Assembly: GCF_001194135.2 (NCBI RefSeq)
Contig: NC_068987.1
Location: 108,806,449 to 108,846,137, forward strand
DNA from: Octopus bimaculoides
Lineage: Eukaryota
Direction: 5' to 3'
Length of the DNA: 39,689 nucleotides
The notes beneath the pieces were generated by a model. That model had not been told where the DNA came from. It did no database searches and saw only the letters and a program-made list of their open reading frames with translations. Both the position numbers and the translations under genes were made by a program. Below, in pieces: positions 24,320 through 34,739 of the stretch (positions within the stretch are counted from its first letter, which is position 1; each line of letters starts with the position of its first letter).

Positions 24320-24930
24320 CTTTTCATGCATTCTTTTACACTATTGTGCGTTTCAGCCCGAGGGCTTTCGCCATGCTGATGCACCTCCAATGTTATCACA
24401 GGAACTCTTTTTGCAATTTGTTTTGGTGAAATAGGGAGTTCGATATTCTTGCCTTCTTTTAAGTTTCTTGTTCTTATCTAGGTTTACTTCTGGCCTTGGA
24501 CAGGAAGAGCTCAAGCTGTTTCTTATTTCTTTATTGCCCACAAGAGGTTAAACATAGAGGGGACAAGCAAGGACAGACAAAGGGATTAAGGCGAATACAT
24601 CGACCCCAGTGCGTAACTGGTACTTTATTTATAGACCCCGAAAGGATGAAAGGCAAAGTCGACCTCGGCGGAATTTGAACTCAGAACGTAACAGCTGACG
24701 AAATACCGCTAAGCATTTCGCCCGGCGCGCTAACGTTTCTGCCAGCTCGCCGGAAGAGGTCAAGTTGTTTATTCAAACTAACTGCACTACCTCATCTACA
24801 TCTCTCAGATATTTTGACGAGATATTCAATAGCCGCACACGGTCAATCTAGACGAGATAGCTGGGGACATTTGGAACAGTGCAGTGAGGTCCAGTTCGGA
24901 GGTTTCTATTGCTCTCGATACCAAAGTTTC
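24320..24930 (-). mobile_element. Probable L2-like LINE 3' end, interrupted by a family A SINE
   Basis: Weak peptide similarity (KLKRRQEYRTP...TNCKKS; TALFQM.PAISSR..VC), followed by a 39-nt tail homologous to the family B SINE tail. Confidence 0.45.
24522..24751 (-). mobile_element. SINE family A, full length, with a ~19-bp TSD
   Basis: TSD ggaagagctcaagctgttt (24503-24521) and ggaagaggtcaagttgttt (24752-24770), 17/19 identical. Confidence 0.93.
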
Positions 24931-24974
24931 ATGAAAACCACATGTCAGAAGACGAAATAATTCCAAAGCAACGT

Positions 24975-25081
24975 GGAATCAAGTGTTTTGCTCGAGAACA
25001 CAACGCAACACCAGGTCTGCGAATCGAAACTACGATCTCACAGTCGTGAGTGCAACAACCTAACCACTAAGCCATGTGCCT
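24975..25081 (-). mobile_element. SINE family C head
   Basis: Minus strand aggcacatggcttagtggttaggttgttgcactcacgactgtgagatcgtagtttcgattcgc with box A/B. Confidence 0.8.
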
Positions 25082-25211
25082 TCACTATATGCGTGTGTGT
25101 ACGTGTTTATGTGTAATATATAATAATAATATATATAATATATATAAGCACATGCATACATATATGCATATAGACAGATATATCTATATATATCTCTATA
25201 TATATATATAT

Positions 25212-25267
<56 letters not shown>

Positions 25268-26989
25268 GAATGATTGATTCCAGCTTCCTCTAAAAAAGAG
25301 AGAACTCAAGCTTATATTTTTGCCAATTTTAGAAATTGTCTGTCGGAGCATACGTTTTATGTAAGTCGTCTAGAAGACTAATGAACATGACGTCAGATTG
25401 ATGTCTTATATATTATTATCATCATCATTATTATTGTTGTTGTTATTTTTGTTGTTCTTTGCTTCATATCTTTATTGCGTAACTATATCACAATTGACAT
25501 GAGACGCTGGTCAGAACATTTTCAAAAGACGTTATGTTATAGCAAAAAAAAATAAGCACTATTCATCTACGCGTATGAGTGTGTGTGAATGCGTGTGTAT
25601 GTGTGTGAACGTGTGATCGCGCGCACGTGTAATAAAACGAAAATGAACTGAGAAAAATGACAGTGAAGAGACAGCGGCATATATTTGAACAGGAAAGACG
25701 GATTTGGCGATGTTAGACTCTATGCCAGACACATTCTTGATTTACTGCAATATTCTCGGCTTTCAGAAATGCTACAATAATAGTTTGGTAGTCCAGCACC
25801 CAAATAAGAAGGGAAGTCCACAAAAATCAATATTTTTTTCAGAAGTGACAACACATTAATGAAATGACGTTGTAACTGTTTAAAAACAAGAGAAAAACTG
25901 TAGAAACACGTATCTGTTTTATCATTGCTGCAATGTTCCTGTTATTCCCAGTAGAAGGCTAACTTATTGTATTAACAATGGAAGCGGGAGTAATTTCACT
26001 GGCTCTCTACTATAACTTGCAGAGCATTAAATATATCCCTTTAAAATACATCCTTAGTCATATTTGTCATCCGTATACATGTCACTCGCCAGTCTATACT
26101 GTTTCTCTTAACTCATTTTTCTTTCATTTACGCAATTTATCTAAGAATTTACCTTGTATTATAACAAATGTATTACTATTCTTCCTTGCTTTATACACAT
26201 AAATACACGTGTGGGGGGGAGGTAAGAGTGTGTAAGGGTGCAAGTAAAAACTAGCTAAGTATCTCAGAATGGCCATTGATATAATTGATCAACACAGGCA
26301 AATCAATGTATATTAATTACTATATGACACATATTATTGATTTATTAAAATTATTTCCACCCCTCGAGTACTTGTCATAATTATCAAATGGCACTCCAGA
26401 CCAGCTCCAGCTCAGAAGAGGAGATATCCTCAAGAAGCGAGAATTAACCAAAGATGTCGCGCCTACTTGTCTAGAGACAAGATGTCAGACGGGGTTAGGT
26501 GTTTCTGAGTCTCACAAAACTGATATATTCCAGTGTGTGGTGAACAACGATAGCAGCGTAACAATGTATAAGGAAAGATATTCAAAGTACATCAAAATGT
26601 GATCAGTGAACAATACGTTGAGATTTGAAATGGCTTCCCGAAAACTCCATGTGTAAAAACATTTTATTTCATGGTTTATACGCCGGAATCGTGAAATACG
26701 ATTCAAGATTTTAATAACTTATTCACACTCTATGTATTAAATATATGTTGATATAGCCTTAATTTTTCGAGGTACTGACCGCGTGCATTGAACATGAAAT
26801 CTTTTGAAGCGTTCTTCGAACATCCTAATCCGACGTCATCCAGAAAAAAAAGCTGACTCTCAAAGTTTCCTCAAAATGTACGAAGTTCTAATTAGGAAGA
26901 TGATATGAAAAATATATACAAAATTAGAAGGTTAATTTCAACACAAATAATATCCCTAGTTTTCGAGATAAGTTTAAATAAAACTTAAG

Positions 26990-27900
26990 ATCTTCAAACG
27001 TATCCGTGTTTCTTTCCAAAGCAAATGTAAAAACGGATATGTAAATATATTCTATAAATTCATATCAAACAAGATCGTGAACATCTATAAGAAACTAAAT
27101 CCAACTCAAACTTTACTATTAATTTAGACGATAGTGTATAATATTTAGCTGTATGTGTACTATACATTATAGTTAAAGATCATAAAGTCGAATTTTGTGA
27201 ACTCCAAGTGCAGATTAATATATTTAGTTATATATACAGTCAAAATATTTTTGGTTCCATCATTTTGAATATTAAACAGATCTATTTTGTAGTATTAGTG
27301 TATCTATCATTAAATGGTTCGGTAACATTGATAATAAACACCTTCGTAAATTTATGCAGTTTGACATAGTAGAATTCTATGCGACTGTAACCAAATCTAT
27401 TCTCCAGAAAGCTTTAGAATATGGTAGAGATTTTATTCCAATTAGTGAGTCTGACATTAATATTACTATGCACGCTATGAAATCTTTGCTATTTTATAAT
27501 AATTCTGTTACAGTTTAACGTAGTAGACAGGTATTACTTGATGGAGCTATTGAGCTGAAATTTGTGAATTAATAAGATTGTATATTTTAGACATACTTCG
27601 AAAGAGATTCCGCTCTGTAGATATTTTATTTTACTTTTTTTCACCGTGATGATGAATTATTCATCTTGCGAAATATCAGTGAATACAGTTAGGAAGGAAT
27701 TTATCAACTTATTTAAAGAGTTAGGTTTAAAGATTATAGTTGTTAGGAATCTATGTGTAGTCAATTTCATAGATATAAATCTAGATTTAGACTGGTAAAT
27801 ATTGCTCTTATTGTGTAAGTAATGAGAAATTACAGTACATTAATATATTCCAAATATTACCAGTGATGCCAACATTTTAGCAACAAAAGTAAGCGCATTT
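26990..27900 (+). mobile_element. Degenerate Penelope-like reverse transcriptase fragment
   Basis: KDHK and CRLI motifs, then the stop-free VSIIKWFGNIDNKHLRKFMQFDIVEFYATVTKSILQKALEYGRDFIPISESDINITMHAMKSLLFYNNS (from 27300), EICELIRLYILDIL, HRDD (YRDD site) and VNFIDINLDL. Confidence 0.85.
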
Positions 27901-28186
27901 TCAACAAATATAATAACAAAGATCCTTTTTATCTCGTTATTCATTATTTCAATGACATATTAAAAGACACAAACCTCAATACTAGAATATATTATTACAT
28001 ATAGTTTAATACTAATATTTATAGACGCAAAATTTGTTCGAATGTTCTTTCTCCATTCTTGCTCATTCTCCATTTTTCTTTTTTCTTCGCTTTAGAAGAG
28101 CAAAAGTCAACCTCTTAAACACTGACAGCGCTTCTTAAAGATCATCAACGCTAGAAAAATCATATGTAACAGCAGAACTGCGTCTA

Positions 28187-28200
28187 CTGCCACCTAGAGG
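28187..28200 (-). promoter_or_regulatory. Putative CTCF-like motif
   Basis: Minus strand CCTCTAGGTGGCAG(TA), one mismatch to CCASYAGRKGGCRS. Motif match only. Confidence 0.3.
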
Positions 28201-28850
28201 ATTTCATTGTATAAAACGAAAACAGAGTATGAAGAAACTAATGTACTACGGCAGCAATTATTTAGTGATATTCATAAATTCCATGAAGTTAAGAATTCCT
28301 GATATTTCAGTCCCGAATCTGACGGAGAATGGTAAACGTTTCAGGTGTTTCACTACCAATAATCTTGAACCTGAGAATTCTCGTCTCCTTACAGGATAGC
28401 AATGTACAGGATGCACTTTTCTGTAAGACAGTGAGGTGTTATCTGACCAGGAATCTGGGTGTTATTTCTAGCAGCTCGATCGACCAGGTAGAATGTTCTA
28501 CTTTGGATATCCTTCACTCTAATAAGATGTTAGACACACAATAGTGCGATAGTGGTGGAGCCTTGTACCACTGAGAAAAGGGTCTGGATCCATTTCACGT
28601 TGCTTCAATCTAATCACCTAAAAATGATTGCCAACAGTAGCCGGGGGTTAACCTTGAGTTAGATTGGTGTTCCGTTCGGGTGGGAGAGGTTTTATACTCT
28701 TAATCACTTATATAGCTCACAAGCCCAATAAACAGTCACCTCCTATACGCGTAAGTTTGCGATTGACTTAAAACTTTTAATTTAATATACAATAGTAACA
28801 TACTTGTTTCATAGATATATAAATATAATTGGTCGACTATTTGCGGTTAT

Positions 28851-29260
28851 AATAGTTATTAGTACAAAATACATTCAAGTAACTTCAAATACTAACTATA
28901 AATATGGAAAATAAGTTCACGTTACACACATAGATATTTAGCATCACAATTTCTTTTAACATCGATGGAGACAATAGTTCGGTTTATCTATAATATATTC
29001 AAATAATGACCTCATAAATAAAGGGAGATATAAGTTCACACACATAGGTTAACAGCAACATATTTCTTTCAGATATCAGTAGCTATTATTATAGTTTAGT
29101 ATTACAAAATTACAAATACTGACCAAAGTTATTGTGAATTAAATTCACACGAATACGCATAGAAACATAGTAATACAATTTCCTTTAAACGTCAGTGAAT
29201 ATAATATTTAATACTGCAAAATATTTTCGAATACTTCCTAACATAGAGAAATAGCCTTAC
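28851..29260. repeat. Degenerate tandem repeat, ~115-122 bp x 3-4
   Basis: Recurring aatagtt (28851, 28973, ~29090), aagttcac..acacatag, and ca(a)tttc.ttt..a..tc (28946, ~29059, 29176). Confidence 0.6.
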
Positions 29261-29911
29261 ACACAGTTACATAAGAACACAACCTCTCAGATATTGCTGA
29301 CTATCACAGCTAGTAGTATAAACTATTTTAGAATACTGATCATATGTATTGAGAAATAGATTTAATGACACATAGATATATAATATATAACAGCGCATAT
29401 ATATTTCAAACGTAGGATTATATTTTTCAGTACGACAGACACTCTGGTTTAACCTCGTTATTTGATAACCGACTATGTTTATTTGTGAATTCTTCATTTC
29501 TACGCACTTTCGTTCTCTGGCGTAAATTATTCTTTGTTTGTCCAATAGGACTCTCTTTCGAGACTCAGAATAGGAAATTATATCAATCAGCTTTTTGTCA
29601 CCACATGTTAACTTCGGTTTTTCTGTTAAACGTGTTACTACATAAATAAAGGTAACTTGAACAAAACAGTAAATAAAATATTCCTTGTTTTATGTCAATG
29701 TTAATTTCAATTTGATATGTATTTAACTGACTTACAAATTCCTCATTCTTATATACTATATATATGTGCGTACATACGCATGTGAGTTCGTGTGAAGTGT
29801 ATGTGTGTGTGTATACACGCATATATATGTATGTTTGTGTGCGCTTACATAAATACACACACACTAACACACACAAAAACACGCAAACACACGCGCGCAC
29901 ACGTATATATA

Positions 29912-30560
29912 CAGGGTGCGTAAGATATTTGAAGACAGATTTATGTCTATAAAAAAAGTTATATAATAACAAACGGATAATAACTTTATTATCAAGCAAT
30001 GCTATGAGGATAAAAACAAACCTTTTCTATAACGTTATACAATAAAGCCACCTTCAGCTTCAATAACGGCATCTATACGAGATCTAAATCGTCTACATGC
30101 TCGAATCAAATGGTCCTGGTTCATTTTGGACACTACCCTGACGGCTTTCAAAGAATCTTTGGTATTTTAGGCGTGTTCATTGACCTATGTCAACAACGCT
30201 CTACACGTAATAGTCCAATGGATTAATATCTTGGGAATTAAAAGACCAAATGTCAGGGATTATGTGATCATTAAAATTTCCAGCCATCCATTCCTGTGTT
30301 ACTTGAGCCTTGTGTGATGGTGCTGAGTCTTCCTGAAACGCATATGGCCTTCCCTTGGTACACTGTCAATCCAAGTGTTTCCAGGACTTCAATGTAGGCG
30401 GCAGAGTTAACTCTAAGGCCTTGTGGAAAGAGGTAAGGAGGCATCACATGCCCTTCATTGCTGACATGCAATTTTGTATGCATAACTCTTGGGAGGTTAT
30501 GTGCAGAAGGGTCTGTGCATCACCATGTGTCATTTCTTCTGTCAACTTCTTGATCTTGGT
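29912..30560 (-). mobile_element. Tc1/mariner DD37D (maT-type) transposon 3' remnant with terminal repeat
   Basis: GRPYAFQEDSAPSHKAQVTQEWMAGNFNDHIIPDIWSFNSQDINPLDYYV*SVV has 37 residues between the two Asp. It ends ACRRFRSRIDAVIEAEGGFIV* (stop 30035-37), with TA|CAGGGTGCG terminus at 29910-29912. Confidence 0.9.
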
Positions 30561-30774
30561 CGAAGTTTTACTCGTCTGAGAAAAGTCAAATCAATTCTTC
30601 TGCTGGATATTTCTGTTTGTTTAAGAACCAGTTAGATCTGATGTAGCGATTCTCTTTTGCTTTTTTCTGACATAAATTGACTTTTCCTCGCCATATAAGA
30701 TTAATATCTGATGTCTTCGTGGACAACATTTCTGATAGTTCCATCTGATATAAGATCTTTTGCAATTGAACTGA

Positions 30775-30913
30775 TGGTACTTATTTTATCGACCCTGAAA
30801 GGATGAATGGTAAAGTCAACCTCGGGGCAATTTGAATTCAGAACGTAAAGACGGGCGAAATGCTGCGACATATTTTGTCCCGTTTGCTAACCATTCTGCC
30901 AGCTCACCGCCTT
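30775..30913 (-). mobile_element. SINE family A 5' part
   Basis: ggtacttattttatcgaccctgaaaggatgaatggtaaagtcaacctcgg...ttctgccagctcaccgcctt. Confidence 0.88.
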
Positions 30914-31216
30914 AACCGATAGAAATATTAGCTGCACAACAGGCGAGCCACTTTGAATACAGAGAGATATCCAGTTTTAATATCTTTTTCTCAATTCCCT
31001 TGGAATAATCGGGCTTCAACAAATTGTGATTTGAAAAGCCTCCTGATTGTATTATTTAGATATTACCTGGATCATTGGTTCGAGGATATCACTGGCTATT
31101 TTAATATTTGGAACTTCTCAGCTAAACGAGGACGACAGCTTCAAAATTGTGGGACGTTTGGTTGTTTTACAACCAAGATTTCCAAGTAAATGATGAGCGT
31201 TAAGGTAATAAGTCCC

Positions 31217-31254
<38 letters not shown>

Positions 31255-31399
31255 CGCGCGCGCGTGCGTGAGTATGTTTTGGTGTGTGTGTGTGTATGTT
31301 TGTGTTTGTGCGTGTATGTGTGTTACACACACATACACAACATATATCTTCGCTCTGGGATCTATGTAAATATATTCTATTCTTTACAAGTTTTATAGC

Positions 31400-31855
31400 T
31401 ACGAGTAGGTTCAACAATAGTACGCTTTTGGTAATTTTTATCCTTTCCCCAGTCTAAGCTCTTCAATTCATTTACTTTACTATATATTACACTGAAGCTG
31501 TAAGTTCATAACTGTGGTAGTAATTGTTCTTATTTTATCTTACTTCTGCTGGCATTGAATTCAGTTTTTATGTAAATCTAACTCTTCAAAAGTAAGTAAT
31601 GTTTTCTAGTTTTCTTCTTCATGTTTGTATGTTGTATCTAATCAGCTTCATCTACTCCTAAGTACTTTTATGGATGGTTCTGTTCTAATTCTCTGATTTC
31701 AGTATCTTGAAATAAATTAATGTTCTCAATTTTTAATTAATTCACCTCTCCTGAGAGTAATGCTGGCACACTTGTCTAACCTCATACTTATTTGCGTATC
31801 GCAGGTGATTTCATTTTAATTTTTAGTTTGTTTCTCAACTGGGCATTGCTACTTC
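31400..31855 (-). mobile_element. Degenerate R4/Dong-like RT fragment
   Basis: Minus strand MRLDKCASITLRRGEL, ENINLFQDTEIRELEQNHP*KYLGVDEAD*IQHTNMKKK, IKTEFNA and NELKSLDW. Confidence 0.75.
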
Positions 31856-32700
31856 TAAATAATTGTAAATTCTTGTTCTATATTCAATTGTTGTTGCTAC
31901 TGCTGCTGCTCCGTTGTTGTTGTATGTGTGTATGTGTGTATGTATATATGTATGTACGTATGTATGTATGTATGTACGTATGTATGTATGCATATACAAA
32001 CCTCTTAAGCGCGAAATAGCCCGACAATAGAAAATTAAGAAGATAAAGATTGGTGGCAATTATTTTTGGTTACTCAGGACAGTATCAAGAAACATCAAGA
32101 GGAATATAAAGGAAATCGAAATAGACTGCTCAGTAGAACTGTTACAAAAGGATTGATCCTTGACACGGCCAAAATAATGATGAAAGTATTATATAGTTGA
32201 AGAGAACAAATAGTAAGACTCCAGAATTTCCAACAAAACCCCAGAAAGAAAAAGAAGAAATAATGATATAATAACAATGAGGTTGTTGTTTATCGCCGAA
32301 GCTAAACGTATTTGGACAGCTCCATGGGTTTATGCCTTGTTTTCCGTCTTCTTTTTTTTTTTTCTTGATTACATTGTTTTTCCCTGCTTAGTAATTGACT
32401 AGGACCATACATGATTGATCGACCATTTTTCTTCCTTGCCCTTTAAGGCGAAAATTTGAAAGAAATAAAATGTTTCGAAAGATAGCAATTATTTTCAAAA
32501 TGGTGCCATCTTTGCCAACCGGGTCGGAGAAACGTGGAAGGAAATTTTGAATGAGGAGCAGTCTTTTGCAGTCATTTCGTACAATTCTACGGTCAGATTA
32601 GTAATCAAAAATCATAGCAGTAGTATTATTAGCAACCACAATAGTACAAACAACAAGGATTATAGCAATAAACACAATTATAACAACAACAGGAGCAATA

Positions 32701-32891
32701 CAGTTCTATATTTAAGAGATGCGGAATTATGTACATTATTTACATTTGACGGATATTTGTCCTCATCTTGTTTGTTGTTAACACAACGTTTCGGCTGATA
32801 CACCCTCCAGCATTCATCAGGTGCCTTGGGGACATTTCGAACCTGGGTTCTCATTCCTAAGGTATTCTACGATGTTGTTATTATTATTATT

Positions 32892-32933
<42 letters not shown>

Positions 32934-32999
32934 CAGGTCACTGCTTGAAATCGAGCTCGGAATCTTGGGGTTAGTAGCCCGTGCTCTTAACCACTACAC
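32701..32999 (-). mobile_element. tRNA-head + (AAC/AAT)n + HHR-tail element, left inverted copy (5' truncated by ~9 nt, box B mutated)
   Basis: Reverse complement of 33009-33350; box B reads GAGCTCGATTT. Confidence 0.88.
32781..32824 (-). ncRNA. Minimal hammerhead, left copy, with a helix II closing-pair mutation
   Basis: GCAC-CTGATGA-A-TGCTG gagggtgtat CAGCC-GAAA CGT-T-GTGT. Confidence 0.65.
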
Positions 33000-33074
33000 G
33001 GGCATATGGCGTAGTAGTTAAGAGCGTGGGCTACTAACCCCAAGATTCCGAGTTCGATTCCAGGCGGTGACCTG

Positions 33075-33105
<31 letters not shown>

Positions 33106-33125
33106 GCAATAATAACAACAATAAT

Positions 33126-33181
<56 letters not shown>

Positions 33182-33363
33182 TAAAATAATAATAACAACA
33201 ACAACATCGAAGAATACCTTAGGAATGAGAACCCAGGTACGAAATTTCCCCAAGACACCTGATGAAGGCTGGAGGGTATATCAGCCGAAACGTTGTGTTA
33301 ACAACAAACAAGATGAGGAAAAATATCAGTCGAATGTAAATAATGTAAATAATGTAAATAATG
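33000..33363 (+). mobile_element. tRNA-head + (AAC/AAT)n + HHR-tail element, right copy
   Basis: Box A TGGCGTAGTAGT (33007-18), anticodon-loop-like CTACTAA (33031-37), box B GAGTTCGATTCC (33050-61), spacer 33075-33204, HHR, then an (AATGTAAAT)x3 end. Confidence 0.9.
33254..33299 (+). ncRNA. Intact minimal type I hammerhead ribozyme (PLE type)
   Basis: GACAC-CTGATGA-A-GGCTG gagggtatat CAGCC-GAAA CGT-T-GTGTT. Palindromic AACGTT helix III; predicted cut 3' of 33294 (GUU). Confidence 0.8.
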
Positions 33364-33888
33364 AACAGGAGCAATAAAAGAAGCAACAACAGTAGTAACA
33401 AGAGCAATGGTATATCACTCGAATAAGCTCGCAGAATTATCAAAGAGTAGCATGCACTGCCACCTCCGTCTCCAGTTTAACAACAGAATTTAGCAACACA
33501 AACAGAACCATCACAAGAAGCGAGATGGGGCAGAATGCATATCTCTTAATAAAGCGTTTTGCACATTTTCGCTCTGTCTACTGGCCTTAGCAGCGATGAT
33601 ACTAGTAATCGCTGGTGCATTGAAGGGCATTTGTTTAGCGACAAAATGATACTTCATAGCGAAGCAAATATTTTAATAACGCTGCTATATTTGTAATACA
33701 TAATACAAAGAAATCCACAAGACCAGATAAAAATCACAAACGTTCCCCTAAAACGCATGCATCCCGAGGTAATCACTGCTTTCGTCACAATCTGCAACTA
33801 CTCCGAGTAAATTTGGAATTCCTGCAATCTGAAAGTATGGCAAAATCATAACTATTCTAAATAAGAATAAATAAACAGATAAAGTATT

Positions 33889-34297
33889 TATTTCTTTATT
33901 GCCCACACGAGTCTAAACATAGAAGGGACAAAGAAATTAAGTCGATTACATCGACCCCAGTGCGTAACTGGTACTTATTTAATCGACCCCCGAAAAAAAT
34001 GAAATGCAAAGTCGACTTCGGCGGAATTTGAACTCAGAACGTAACGGCAGACGAAATATCGCTAAACAGTCGCCCGGTTGCGTGCTAACGATTCTTATGG
34101 CTAAACATAGAGGGGACAAACAAAGGGATTAAGTCGATTACATTGAACCAGTGCATAACTGTTACTTAATTTATCGACCCCGAAAGGATGAAAGGCAAAG
34201 TCGACCTCGGCGGAATTTGAACTAAGAACCTAACGGCAGACGAAATACCGCTAAGCATTTCCCCCGGCGTGCTAACGATTCTGCCAGCTCGCTGCCC
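33889..34297 (-). mobile_element. Dimeric SINE family A within one 23-bp TSD
   Basis: Units at ~33889-34094 and ~34095-34297. TSD aataaataaacagataaagtatt (33866-88) and aataaataagcaggtaaagtatt (34300-22), 21/23 identical. Confidence 0.9.
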
Positions 34298-34539
34298 AAA
34301 ATAAATAAGCAGGTAAAGTATTAACGTACAAACCCATTATCTTTCAAATCTCAGTCACAAAATCTCTACAGGCGTTAATCCTCGACATCACTATTCACGC
34401 ATCCATCTCCACCAAACAACACGGGTTCAATCCATTACGTTCAACCATGAGGTTCTGCAAAAAGACACAGATAGAATATTATAAGGCTGTAAAAATATTA
34501 AGTACAGGGGTTGATTCGCTCAACTAAAAAAATTCTTCA

Positions 34540-34590
34540 AAGCGGTGCCCCAGTATGGCTTCAGATTATGACTGAAACAGGTAAAAGATA
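34540..34590 (+). mobile_element. Isolated family B SINE/LINE 3' tail
   Basis: agcggtgccccagtatggcttcagattatgactgaaacaggtaaaagata. Confidence 0.7.
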
Positions 34591-34739
34591 GAAAATTTAA
34601 CACTAATCACGAAGCTAACACTGAAAATACAAGATTATTTCAGCAACAAAAAACTCCCACGTGTAAACTGCTATTGTTATCAGAGAAGCTTCAGACAGTA
34701 CCTTAAGAAACAATACGAAACTATAACATACAAATTCCC

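Noticed and set aside
33000-33074. Possible tRNA-Ser gene (anticodon ACT)
   Set aside because: Acceptor, anticodon and T stems each have mismatches, and there is no long variable arm or T-run terminator. It is a SINE-type head.
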